From positions 123,986-187,985 of the forward strand of contig CAZZIO010000065.1 in NCBI GenBank assembly GCA_964654465.1: a DNA stretch of 64,000 nucleotides, in the 5' to 3' direction. How positions within the stretch are numbered: the first letter of the stretch is position 1; each line of letters starts with the position of its first letter. The stretch comes from an uncultured Dictyoglomota bacterium. Its GTDB lineage: Bacteria; Dictyoglomota; Dictyoglomia; Dictyoglomales; Dictyoglomaceae. Both the position numbers and the translations under genes were made by a program. Shown one piece after another: positions 51,587 through 61,224 of this stretch. The notes beneath the pieces are model-generated. The model did not search any database. It worked only from the letters and a program-made list of their open reading frames with translations, and was not told where the DNA came from.

Positions 51587-51622
51587 TTATTTATTTTTAT
51601 ATCATTTATTAATTAAATTGTA

Positions 51623-52342
51623 TCACAAATTCATTAAAGATTTAATTTCTTTTATCAAACATTGAGCCTCATAATTTAATCTTTTCTCCCCAAGTTTTTC
51701 ATCTATACTTTTAAGAGCTTCTTTTGTAAGCCCAACCTTTACATCCACATTATTGCTTCCTATTCTATCAAGATCAACATAACCTAAATCTATACTCATC
51801 ATTTCACTGCTTTCCTCTATTCCGGCATGCATAGGATTTGCTGATACAAGTTTCTCTGGATACTTTACCTTACCCCAATGCCATCCCAAAACCTTCATAA
51901 CCCTGCCCCTATATTCACTTTCCAATCTCTCAATAACCTTGATCTGTTCTTTAGCCATATGTCCGCTACAAACTACTGCCATTTTAAATCCTGTTCTCTC
52001 TAAAAAGAAAAGTACATCACTAAGAAGATAATAAAGAACATCTTTTTTCACAAATACGCTTCCTGGAATTTTTTCTTCTGCAAACATCTCCATTCCCCAT
52101 AAATTCTCTCCATTTTTTATCTTTATACCATCAGCACCTATAAATAAAGTAGGAAATAAAACTCCCCCTATTTCATCCCATACCAACTCCAATACTTTTC
52201 TTGCCCTAAAAGCATCGGTACCAAAAATCAAATGTTCTCCATGCCACTCTATAGGACTTATAGGTAAATAAACTATAGGTTTACTATTTAAAACTTCCCT
52301 TAGTTGATGGGGAAACATATTTTCATATCTATATTTCATCAT
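51623..52342 (-). CDS. Creatininase/creatinine amidohydrolase family protein
   Basis: PISPIEWHGEHL..GTD, SGH, HAGIEESS. Confidence 0.8.
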   Translation of the reverse strand: MMKYRYENMFPHQLREVLNSKPIVYLPISPIEWHGEHLIFGTDAFRARKVLELVWDEIGGVLFPTLFIGADGIKIKNGENLWGMEMFAEEKIPGSVFVKKDVLYYLLSDVLFFLERTGFKMAVVCSGHMAKEQIKVIERLESEYRGRVMKVLGWHWGKVKYPEKLVSANPMHAGIEESSEMMSIDLGYVDLDRIGSNNVDVKVGLTKEALKSIDEKLGEKRLNYEAQCLIKEIKSLMNL

Positions 52343-52511
52343 ATTCTTAACCCTCCTAAAATTTTTTCTCTAAAAATATTTTATCAGGGTCTATTTTTGT
52401 CACTTTATTATGGTACTCTCAAAATAAAAATTATAAGATCGTAAATAAAATAGAAATAAGTAATAACGTATAAGTATAATATTATAGTATAATTATAAAA
52501 AGGGGGAAGAT

Positions 52512-53282
52512 ATGAGAATAAAATTAACATATGAAAGCCTAGATGGGGACATAATACTTCCAAAACATTATAACTACCATATTCAAGCTCTCATATACAA
52601 AACTTTTACCCCTGATCTTGCCACCAAACTTCATAATGTAGGTTTTCCCTTAGGAAAAAGAAGATTTAAACTTTTCACCTTTTCCCGCATATTAGAAAAA
52701 GGAATTCCCACAAAAGATAATGAAAAATTAATATTCAAAAGAAAAATAACCATATATTTCTCTTCTCCCATAGAAGATATAGTAGGGAATTTAGCTGAAA
52801 GAAGTTTTAAAGAAAGAGAATTTAAATTATGCAATAAAAAGATATACATCTCTCAGCTTGAAATAGTAACTACTCCAAAGATAGAAAATAAAGTAATAAT
52901 TAAAGCTTTATCCCCTATTACCATATACAGCACTTTATATAAAAAGGATGGTGAAAAAATTGTACATTATTACAAACCAATTGATAAAGAATTCTCAAAA
53001 CTTATTGAGAAAAACGCAAAGAAAAAATATCATCTTCTTTACGGAAAAGATGCAGAACAAATGTCTCTTGAAATAAAACCTTTAAAATTCTCAGTACAAG
53101 AAAACTTAAAAATTATAAAATTTAAGGACACCATTATAGAAGGATACACTGGCATCTACGAACTCCTAGGGGATCCAGAATTAATTTATCTCACCTACGA
53201 GACAGGCTTAGGAAATAAAAATTCAGCAGGATTTGGAATGTGGGAAATATGGAGAGGAAAGGAGAGTGATGAAGATGCTTGA
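52512..53282 (+). CDS. cas6: CRISPR endoribonuclease Cas6
   Basis: YN..IQ.LIY, LHNVG, FKLFTFS, LSPI, C-terminal Gly-rich loop GLGNKNSAGFG. Confidence 0.95.
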   Translation: MRIKLTYESLDGDIILPKHYNYHIQALIYKTFTPDLATKLHNVGFPLGKRRFKLFTFSRILEKGIPTKDNEKLIFKRKITIYFSSPIEDIVGNLAERSFKEREFKLCNKKIYISQLEIVTTPKIENKVIIKALSPITIYSTLYKKDGEKIVHYYKPIDKEFSKLIEKNAKKKYHLLYGKDAEQMSLEIKPLKFSVQENLKIIKFKDTIIEGYTGIYELLGDPELIYLTYETGLGNKNSAGFGMWEIWRGKESDEDA

Positions 53283-55026
53283 TGCGGTTAAAGAGATAGG
53301 AGATATATTACTAAAAAAGGATATCAAAAACCAGATTGAAATCCTTATAGAAGATCCAAACCCTAACCAAAAATATAATAACGTTTTTTGCTTAACTTTT
53401 GAAGAAAATGGTGAAATAAAGTATATAGGAATTGAACTTGAAGACTATGAATCAGACAAGATAATAAAATACCTATACAGAAGCGGACCCTCTAACGGAC
53501 CTAACTTTACACCTTCAACAAAAGTTACAGAGATAGAAAAAACTCTATACATTAAAGTTTTAAATTGGTTCAAAGATGTGTTTTCCCGAAAAAATTTAGA
53601 GCTATCCAAAGAGGAAAAAGAGTATTTAGAAAAGATTTATACAGTATTAAAAAATCACGAAAATGAAATAATTGAGGAATTTAAGCAAAAATCAAAAGAC
53701 ATTTCGAAAAAGGAAGGTATATTTCTAACCTTAAAATTCAAAAAAGAAGGAAAAACAGAATATATAGGAGACAAGGAGGTTTTTATAAAAACCTTAGAAA
53801 AATTGGTAAAAATAAAAGAGAGTAAAAAAGGTTCTAATATAGGCCAATGCTCTATATGCTTAGAGGAAAAAGAAGTTACCATAGGAGACGGTATATATGC
53901 CTTCTATACAATAGATAAACCAGGATTTATCTGTGGTGGTTTCAAAGAAAAAGAAGCATGGAAGAATTTTCCATTATGTGAAGATTGTAGACGAAGTTTA
54001 GAAAAAGGAAAAGAATACATTGAAAAAGAGCTTACTTTCAAAATGGCAGGAATTTCTTATCAACTTATTCCTAAATTCCTCTTAGGAAGGGAATTTATAA
54101 AAGAAGATGTTTATAATATATTTTTCGATACTCCAAAACTGCTATCTCTAAAGAAAAATACTGCCAAGAGATATCTTGGAGATGAAGAAGATATTTTACA
54201 GTATTTATCTGATACCGAAGATTACATTACTTTAAACTTTTTATTTATAGAAAGAAAACAAAGTGCAGAAAAAATCCTTGCACTCATAGAAGATGTTTTA
54301 CCCTCTCGACTAAGAAGTATATTTAAAGCAAAAGAAAAAGTAGATAAGTTATTTAACACAGATTTCACTATGAGAAATCTATGGACATTCTTTTCAAAAT
54401 CAGATCCTGACAAAAGAGAAACAGACCTTGTAAATTACTTTTTAGAAATTGTAGATCGCATATTCAAAGATAGATCCATAGACAAAAATTTCATATTTCA
54501 ATTTTTTACGAGGAAAATAAGAACTCAGTATGTTAGAGATGAATATTTCTCCTATGTAGTAAAAGATGCCCTAATGTCACTTTTGTTTCTACTTTATTTA
54601 GATTTAATCCCTATGGAGGTGATAAATATGGAAGAAGAAAGATTATTTGAGCCTATATTTAAAAAATTTTCTCCAACTTTCAATCATCCTATTAAAAAGG
54701 GACTTTTCTTGCTCGGCGCCTTAACCCAAATGCTATTAAATGTACAATATTTAGAAAGAGGTAGTGATCCTTTTAGAAAACAACTAAAAAGTTTAAAAAT
54801 GGAAGAAAAAGACTTTAAAGGGCTTCTTCCAAAAGTAATAAATAAATTACAAGAGTACGATTCCTTTGATATAGGAAAACAAAAATTAGCAGAAGAAGCT
54901 TCCTACTATCTACTTCTCGCTGGAGATAACTGGAAACTTTCAAATGATGAGCTTAATTTCTACTTTGCATGTGGTATGAACCTATTAGATGAACTAAAAC
55001 CATATATTTATCCAGACAAAAAATAA
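53275..55026 (+). CDS. cas8b: Type I-B Cascade large subunit Cas8b (TM1802/Csh1-like)
   Basis: Position in the operon; CSIC...LCEDC Zn motif, FYTIDKPGF, YFACG. Start 53275 or 53269. Confidence 0.88.
   Translation: MLDAVKEIGDILLKKDIKNQIEILIEDPNPNQKYNNVFCLTFEENGEIKYIGIELEDYESDKIIKYLYRSGPSNGPNFTPSTKVTEIEKTLYIKVLNWFKDVFSRKNLELSKEEKEYLEKIYTVLKNHENEIIEEFKQKSKDISKKEGIFLTLKFKKEGKTEYIGDKEVFIKTLEKLVKIKESKKGSNIGQCSICLEEKEVTIGDGIYAFYTIDKPGFICGGFKEKEAWKNFPLCEDCRRSLEKGKEYIEKELTFKMAGISYQLIPKFLLGREFIKEDVYNIFFDTPKLLSLKKNTAKRYLGDEEDILQYLSDTEDYITLNFLFIERKQSAEKILALIEDVLPSRLRSIFKAKEKVDKLFNTDFTMRNLWTFFSKSDPDKRETDLVNYFLEIVDRIFKDRSIDKNFIFQFFTRKIRTQYVRDEYFSYVVKDALMSLLFLLYLDLIPMEVINMEEERLFEPIFKKFSPTFNHPIKKGLFLLGALTQMLLNVQYLERGSDPFRKQLKSLKMEEKDFKGLLPKVINKLQEYDSFDIGKQKLAEEASYYLLLAGDNWKLSNDELNFYFACGMNLLDELKPYIYPDKK
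54628..55026 (+). CDS. cas11: Probable internally translated small subunit Cas11 (132 aa), in frame within cas8b
   Basis: SD GGAGGTG at 54615-54621, then in-frame ATG at 54628; helical product MEEERLF...FLLGAL...YFACG. Confidence 0.7.
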   Translation: MEEERLFEPIFKKFSPTFNHPIKKGLFLLGALTQMLLNVQYLERGSDPFRKQLKSLKMEEKDFKGLLPKVINKLQEYDSFDIGKQKLAEEASYYLLLAGDNWKLSNDELNFYFACGMNLLDELKPYIYPDKK

Positions 55027-55043
55027 AATAGGAGGTGTTTTAG

Positions 55044-55955
55044 ATGGGTGTGCTAAAAAATAGATCTGAAATTCTTTTTCTCTATGACGTAACAGATGCA
55101 AATCCAAATGGTGATCCAATGGATGAAAACAAACCAAGAATAGATGAAGAAACAGGAACAAATATTGTTACAGACGTAAGACTTAAAAGAACAATAAGGG
55201 ACTATTTATATGAATATAAAGGGTTAGAAGTTTTTGTCAGAGAAATAAGAGATGATAAAGGAGAACTAAAAACTAAAGAAGATAGATTAAAGGAATACAA
55301 AGATAATAATGAGATTATTGAAAAATGCATTGATATAAGACTCTTTGGAGCAACCACTGCAGTAGAAGGGAAAACCATGACTTTAACTGGACCAGTACAG
55401 TTTAAATTTGGAAGATCTCTTCATAAAGTTGATCTGACTTATATAAAAGGTACAACAGTCATGCCATCAAAATCAGGCAAAACTCAAGGTACATTTACTG
55501 AAAAATACATTCTTCCTTATTCTTTAATAGCCTTTTATGGAATAGTAAATGAAAATTTAGCAAAAGTCCAAAATATTCCCCTTACCGAAGAAGATATCGA
55601 TCATATGTTAGAAGGAATTTGGCATGGTACAAAGAACCTGATATCTACCTCAAAATTTGGTCAAGTTCCAAGATTATTAATACAAATTATCTATAAACCT
55701 GACTCATATTTTTACATAGGCGAATTAGATAGAAGAATAAAACTTATATCAGATATAGAGGATGAAAAAATAAGAGATATATCCCAAGTAAAAATAGACA
55801 TCACAGAACTAATAAAGGTATTAACGGAAAATAATAATAAAATTGAAAAAATCAGATATAAAGTAGACGAAAGAGTAAACTTAGTATTAGACGGTAAAGA
55901 AGTATCGTTAAATGAGTCTCTAAAAGATTTCCAAGCAGAAGAACTACCGATTTAG
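55044..55955 (+). CDS. cas7: Cas7b/Csh2
   Basis: NPNGDP..ENKPR, VTDVRLKRTIRDY, DIRLFG, TGPVQF. Confidence 0.95.
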   Translation: MGVLKNRSEILFLYDVTDANPNGDPMDENKPRIDEETGTNIVTDVRLKRTIRDYLYEYKGLEVFVREIRDDKGELKTKEDRLKEYKDNNEIIEKCIDIRLFGATTAVEGKTMTLTGPVQFKFGRSLHKVDLTYIKGTTVMPSKSGKTQGTFTEKYILPYSLIAFYGIVNENLAKVQNIPLTEEDIDHMLEGIWHGTKNLISTSKFGQVPRLLIQIIYKPDSYFYIGELDRRIKLISDIEDEKIRDISQVKIDITELIKVLTENNNKIEKIRYKVDERVNLVLDGKEVSLNESLKDFQAEELPI

Positions 55956-55968
55956 GAGATGATTTTTA

Positions 55969-56685
55969 ATGAAAGTCTTGGTTTTTGATATTTTTGGAGA
56001 ATTTGCCCATTTTAGAAAATTCTATACCACATCATCTCCCCTTTCCTTTCCTTTTCCTCCCCCTCCTACCATATTCGGTATGCTTGGAGCTATTTTAGGA
56101 ATAGATAGAAAAGAATATTTAGAAACATTTTCCTTTAATAATTGCAAAATAGCTTTGCAAATTATAAATCCTATTAAAAAGATAAGATTAGGCTTAAATT
56201 TGATAAACACAAAAGGAAACATTTGGATACCAGTCAAAAAGAAAAACCATGATGCAAGAACCCAGGTAAAAACAGAGTTTATTAAAAATCCAAGATATAG
56301 AATATATTTTTACCATAAGAATGAAGAATTATTTAATAAATTTGTAGAAAATATTAAAAACCATAGAAGTTATTACACATTCTCTTTAGGCCTTTCAGAA
56401 CTTTTAGGAGATTTTCAGTTTGTTGGAATAAAAAACTTTACAGAGAAAGAGAATAATGAAATTTATGTATCCACAATAATCCCTATATCCCAAATATTAG
56501 AAAACAAGATAATTTTTGAGGAAGGAAAAAGCTATTTTAAAGAAAGAATTCCATTAATAATGAATAGTAATAGAATAGTAGAAAGATACGAAGATATTAT
56601 CTTTGAAAGCCAAGGAAAACCCATCAAAGTTAAAATAGATAAATTTTATCAAGGAGAAGATGGAACAAATGTCATATTTCTCTAA
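55969..56685 (+). CDS. cas5: Cas5b
   Basis: FDIFGEFAHFRK..T.SS.LSF.FPP..T.FGMLGAILG, LGLSE. Confidence 0.93.
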   Translation: MKVLVFDIFGEFAHFRKFYTTSSPLSFPFPPPPTIFGMLGAILGIDRKEYLETFSFNNCKIALQIINPIKKIRLGLNLINTKGNIWIPVKKKNHDARTQVKTEFIKNPRYRIYFYHKNEELFNKFVENIKNHRSYYTFSLGLSELLGDFQFVGIKNFTEKENNEIYVSTIIPISQILENKIIFEEGKSYFKERIPLIMNSNRIVERYEDIIFESQGKPIKVKIDKFYQGEDGTNVIFL

Positions 56686-59023
56686 TTTATTTTCCCATCC
56701 AAATAAATATTTAGAAGTACACTTAAATAACACTATGAATCTTGCTATCAGTTTCTTAAACGATGTACCTATGGAAAACTTATTCCTATCAAAGGAACAA
56801 CTACAAAAATTAATAAAAATTAATACTTTATCCCATGATATAGGAAAAGCTACAAGTTTTTTCCAAGAATATTTACTTTCTGGAGAGGAGGAGGGAAGTA
56901 AAGAAACAAGGCACTCTCTCCTCTCCTCCTTCATTGCTTATTACATCACTAAGAAAGTTTTTGAAAAAGAAAATATTTCGGATAATATCAAAATAATACT
57001 CCCCATGTTCTCTTATATAAATGTTAAAAGGCATCATGGAAATTTTTTAGACATACTCATAGAAATTGATATTTCTGAAGAAGATAAAGAATTGCTCTAT
57101 AGACAAATTGAAAGTATAGATGAAGACAAATTTAATATATTGATAAAAAATATTGATGAAGCTTTATTTAGTGAAATTACAAAAGATAAACTTAAAGACA
57201 TCGTAGAAGCAGTATCAAAAGATATAAAGATTAAAAGAATAAAAATCAAAAACCTTAAACACGAAAATGCTACAGAATACTACTTATTAAATAACCTACT
57301 CTTCTCCCTCTTAATAGATGCAGACAAAAGTGAAGTAACTATAGGAAAGCCAGAAAGAAACCCCTTAGATATTCCATACATAGTAGTAGATCATTATAAA
57401 AAAGATTTAAAAACTGACAAAAAACCTATAAATGAGCTTCGAGAAAATGCATATCAAGAAGTAATAAACAAAAAGATTGACCTTGATCAAAAAATTTATT
57501 CTCTAACTCTCCCAACAGGTCTTGGAAAGACCTTCATTTCTTTTGCCTTCGCCCTTAAGCTAAGAGAAGAAATAAGAAAAAAGAAAGGATATACCCCAAG
57601 AATTATATACTCATTACCTTTCCTAAGTATTATAGAGCAAAATGCAAGTGTACTCGAAAAAGTCCTAATAAAGTATTTTGGAAACATAGATTCTACCATA
57701 GTATTAAAACATCACCACCTTTCGGAAATCTACTATACATACAATGACAATGAAATAGAGCCTGACCATGCAAAAATATTAATAGAAGGCTGGAATTCAG
57801 AGATAATAATAACTACATTTGTACAACTATTTCATACATTGATATCAAATAAAAATTCAAATCTAAGAAAATTACATAGAATATTTGGAAGTATTATCAT
57901 ATTAGACGAAGTACAATCTATTCCTATTAAATATTGGTACCTTTTAAGGGAAATATTTAAAGAACTTGTAGAAAAATTTAATACCTATATTATTTTCTCT
58001 ACAGCAACTCAACCCCTTATATTTAAAAAGGACGAAACCCTCAACTTAACAAACGCTGAAGACTACTTTACAAAATTAAATCGCACAATATTAATTCCTC
58101 GTCTTAATGAATCTCTCTTATTAGAGGAATTCATTGAAAACATTGACATCAAACTTGACAAATCTTATATGTTTATCTTTAATACAATAAACTCAGCTCA
58201 AAAATTTTACAGTCTTTTAAAAGAAAAAACTAAGGAAGATATAGTTTTTCTTTCAAGCCACATAATACCAAAGGATCGTTTAGAAAGAATCGAGAGTATA
58301 AAAAAAGGAGAAAAAAGAATAGTGGTTACAACTCAATTAGTAGAAGCAGGTGTGGATATTGATTTAGATATTGTTTATAGAGATATTGCACCCTTGGATT
58401 CTATAAACCAATCAGCAGGAAGATGTAATAGAAACTGGTTAAAAGATATAGGAGAGGTATATCTATATTCATTACAAGATGATAAAAGAAGATATGCTTC
58501 ATACATATATGACAAAATTCTTTTGGATGTTACTAACAATATTCTTAAAAAAGATGAAAAAATTGAAGAAGTAGAATTTCTCAACTATATACAAAATTAT
58601 TTTTATGAGATTAATGAAAGAAAGGCCAAAGACATATCTAAAAACTTCTTGGATGCAATTTATTCATTAAGATATTCGGGATATACAGAAAATGAAAATG
58701 ATAAATATATAGGTATTGAAGATTTCAAACTTATTGAAGAAGATCAACCCAAGATTGACGTATTTATAGAATTAAATGAAGAAGCAGAAAATCTATGGAA
58801 TCAATATATAAAACTTAAAGAAATAAAAGATATTTATGAAAGAAGAATAGAATTCCTAAAAATAAAAAGTAATTTCTATAAATATGTAATATCAATCCCT
58901 GTAAGAGCAGAAAATCTACCAGCTATTGAATATGGCTTTGGATATATATCTAAGGATAATTTAGAAGATTTCTATGACAAAGAAACAGGATATAAAATTA
59001 AAAGCGGTATCCTACTCTGGTGA
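56660..59023 (+). CDS. cas3: Cas3 HD nuclease-helicase
   Basis: HL, HDIGK, RHS, HHG, DAD; LPTGLGKT, LDEVQ, STAT, TQLVEAGVD, QSAGRCNR. Confidence 0.96.
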   Translation: MEQMSYFSNLFSHPNKYLEVHLNNTMNLAISFLNDVPMENLFLSKEQLQKLIKINTLSHDIGKATSFFQEYLLSGEEEGSKETRHSLLSSFIAYYITKKVFEKENISDNIKIILPMFSYINVKRHHGNFLDILIEIDISEEDKELLYRQIESIDEDKFNILIKNIDEALFSEITKDKLKDIVEAVSKDIKIKRIKIKNLKHENATEYYLLNNLLFSLLIDADKSEVTIGKPERNPLDIPYIVVDHYKKDLKTDKKPINELRENAYQEVINKKIDLDQKIYSLTLPTGLGKTFISFAFALKLREEIRKKKGYTPRIIYSLPFLSIIEQNASVLEKVLIKYFGNIDSTIVLKHHHLSEIYYTYNDNEIEPDHAKILIEGWNSEIIITTFVQLFHTLISNKNSNLRKLHRIFGSIIILDEVQSIPIKYWYLLREIFKELVEKFNTYIIFSTATQPLIFKKDETLNLTNAEDYFTKLNRTILIPRLNESLLLEEFIENIDIKLDKSYMFIFNTINSAQKFYSLLKEKTKEDIVFLSSHIIPKDRLERIESIKKGEKRIVVTTQLVEAGVDIDLDIVYRDIAPLDSINQSAGRCNRNWLKDIGEVYLYSLQDDKRRYASYIYDKILLDVTNNILKKDEKIEEVEFLNYIQNYFYEINERKAKDISKNFLDAIYSLRYSGYTENENDKYIGIEDFKLIEEDQPKIDVFIELNEEAENLWNQYIKLKEIKDIYERRIEFLKIKSNFYKYVISIPVRAENLPAIEYGFGYISKDNLEDFYDKETGYKIKSGILLW

Positions 59024-59026
59024 AAT

Positions 59027-59518
59027 ATGATTACAGGAAGTTTAATTGAGAGTTTCTTAATATGCGAAAGACAAGCATGGCTTATGGCCCATCAAATAAC
59101 TCCAGACCAAGACCATCCATACTTAGAGCTTGGTAGATTAATAGATGAAGAAAGTTTTACAGACGAAAAGAAAAAAATAAGCTTAGAAAACATGATTATA
59201 GACCTTATAAAAACTGAAAATAAAACATTAATTTTAGGAGAGATAAAAAAGAGTTCAAAAGTGCAAGAAATCGCCAAAATTCAACTCGCTTTTTACCTAT
59301 ATTCTCTTAAAAATAACTATGGCATAAAAGCTGATGGATTACTTATATTTCCCAAAGAAAAAAGAAGAGTTAGAGTAGTATTAGACAAAGAATTGGAAGA
59401 GAAAATTGAGGACACTATTAAAAGGATCGAGATTCTCATATATAAGGGAAAACCCCCGTTACCCCAAAAAATTCCTTATTGTAAACTCTGTGCATATAGG
59501 GAGTTTTGCTGGTCATGA
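59027..59518 (+). CDS. cas4: Cas4
   Basis: CERQAW, EIKKS, QL.FY, C..CAY..FC Fe-S cysteines. Confidence 0.95.
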   Translation: MITGSLIESFLICERQAWLMAHQITPDQDHPYLELGRLIDEESFTDEKKKISLENMIIDLIKTENKTLILGEIKKSSKVQEIAKIQLAFYLYSLKNNYGIKADGLLIFPKEKRRVRVVLDKELEEKIEDTIKRIEILIYKGKPPLPQKIPYCKLCAYREFCWS

Positions 59519-60510
59519 GTGAAAGTATATATATTTTTACTAGTGGGGAATTAAAAAGGAAGCACAATACTATATATTTTGAAACTTCTGATGGTCAGAA
59601 AAAATATTTACCAATAGAAAATGTAAGAGACTTACATATATTTGGTGAGGTAACTTTAAACAAAGAAATTTTAGAATATCTATCTCAAAAAGAAATAATT
59701 CTCCATTTTTACAATTACTATGAATATTATGTGGGAAGTTTTTATCCAAGGGAGCATTACAATTCAGGATATATGATTCTAAAACAAGCAGAATATTATT
59801 TAGATCAAGAAAAAAGACTAGAATTAGCAAAAAGTTTTGTAAAAGGAGCTATTGATAATATAAGAAAGGTTTTAAACTATTATACAAATAGAGGTAAGGA
59901 TTTATTAAAATCTAAAATACAATCCATAGAAGATTTGGCTGAAGGTATTGAAGGTTGCAAAAAAGTAGATGAAATCATGGGATTAGAAGGTAATATAAGA
60001 GATATTTATTATTCTTGTTTCAATGATATTACAGAAAATGAGGATTTCTTCATTAAGGAAAGGACCAAAAGACCACCTTCTAATTATATGAACGCCCTTA
60101 TAAGCTTTGGAAATTCCCTACTCTACACAGCAATCCTCTCTGAAATATACAAAACCCATTTAGATCCAAGAATAGGATATCTACATGCTACAAACTTCAG
60201 AAGATTTTCCCTTAATTTAGATATAGCAGAGATATTTAAACCAATAATTGTGGATAGAATTATCTTTTCTATGGTAAATAAAAAAGAGATAACACCTAAA
60301 GATTTTGACGAAAAATTGGAAGGTGTATACCTTAAGGAAAAAGGGATGAAACTCTTTGTGCAAAACTTTGAAGAAAAAATGAAAACTACTATTCAATATA
60401 AAGATTTAGGAAAAATCTCTTACAGAAGATTAATAAGATTAGAACTCTATAAACTTGAGAAACATTTATTAGGAGAAGAAAAATATTCTCCTTACATATC
60501 TCCTTGGTAA
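59515..60510 (+). CDS. cas1: Cas1 (type I-B)
   Basis: GEL.RK.NT, YVGSFYP, MGLEG, R.KRPP.N.MNALISFGN, GYLH, LDIAEIFKP. ATG 59515 overlaps the cas4 stop (ATGA). Confidence 0.96.
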   Translation: MSESIYIFTSGELKRKHNTIYFETSDGQKKYLPIENVRDLHIFGEVTLNKEILEYLSQKEIILHFYNYYEYYVGSFYPREHYNSGYMILKQAEYYLDQEKRLELAKSFVKGAIDNIRKVLNYYTNRGKDLLKSKIQSIEDLAEGIEGCKKVDEIMGLEGNIRDIYYSCFNDITENEDFFIKERTKRPPSNYMNALISFGNSLLYTAILSEIYKTHLDPRIGYLHATNFRRFSLNLDIAEIFKPIIVDRIIFSMVNKKEITPKDFDEKLEGVYLKEKGMKLFVQNFEEKMKTTIQYKDLGKISYRRLIRLELYKLEKHLLGEEKYSPYISPW

Positions 60511-60774
60511 ATGTATATAATAATGGTTTATGATGTAAATCAGAAAAGAGTTAATAAAGTACTAAATACAGCAAGAAAGTATTTAGAATGGATACAAAAT
60601 TCTGTTCTTGAAGGAGAAATTACAGAAGCAAAATATGAAAGACTAAAAAGAGAAATAGAATTAATAATAGATGAGGAAGAAGATTCTGTTATTTTCTACA
60701 TTATGAGAACCACAAAATATTCGGAAAGACAGATAATAGGAATAGAGAAAAATAAAAGAGAACAGATATTATAA
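60511..60774 (+). CDS. cas2: Cas2
   Basis: VYDV, RV.KV, YL.WIQNSVLEG, EDSV.FY. Confidence 0.96.
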   Translation: MYIIMVYDVNQKRVNKVLNTARKYLEWIQNSVLEGEITEAKYERLKREIELIIDEEEDSVIFYIMRTTKYSERQIIGIEKNKREQIL

Positions 60775-61224
60775 AAGACTTTTATATATATCTAGCACTT
60801 TTCTTTTTAAAACTGGATGTATAAAGTCTGGCTCGAGCTCAGAGATAGGTCCCATAACAAAGATCCTATTATGGGCATCAGGATGAGGTATTATTAATTC
60901 TTCCGTTTCAATTATTAAATCATCATAAAATATAATATCCAAATCAATATTTCTCGGACCCCATTTAAAAATCCTTTTTCTTCCCAACTCTTCTTCAATT
61001 TTTAGCAGAACTTTTAATAAGGAAAATGGATCAAGATTTGTCTCTACCAAACAAACAGCATTTAAAAAACTGTCCTGATCTTTATATCCATAAGGTTCTG
61101 TTTCTATTATAGAAGACATTTTTAAAATATTAATTCCTATTTCTTTAATCTTTTCTATAGCTATTTCTATATTTTTTCTTTTATCACCTAAATTACTCCC
61201 TAATGCTATGAAGACCTTATGCAT
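60769..61224 (-). CDS. folK: 6-hydroxymethyl-7,8-dihydropterin pyrophosphokinase
   Basis: ALGSNLG, ETEP, FLNAV, KWGPRNIDLDI, IPHP..NR.FV. Confidence 0.95.
   Translation of the reverse strand: MHKVFIALGSNLGDKRKNIEIAIEKIKEIGINILKMSSIIETEPYGYKDQDSFLNAVCLVETNLDPFSLLKVLLKIEEELGRKRIFKWGPRNIDLDIIFYDDLIIETEELIIPHPDAHNRIFVMGPISELEPDFIHPVLKRKVLDIYKSLL

Noticed and set aside
52473-52493. Tandem AGTATAAT and TATAATATTATA palindrome upstream of cas6
   Set aside because: Probably contains the -10 element, but the sequence is too AT-rich to support an operator call and no clear -35 is present.
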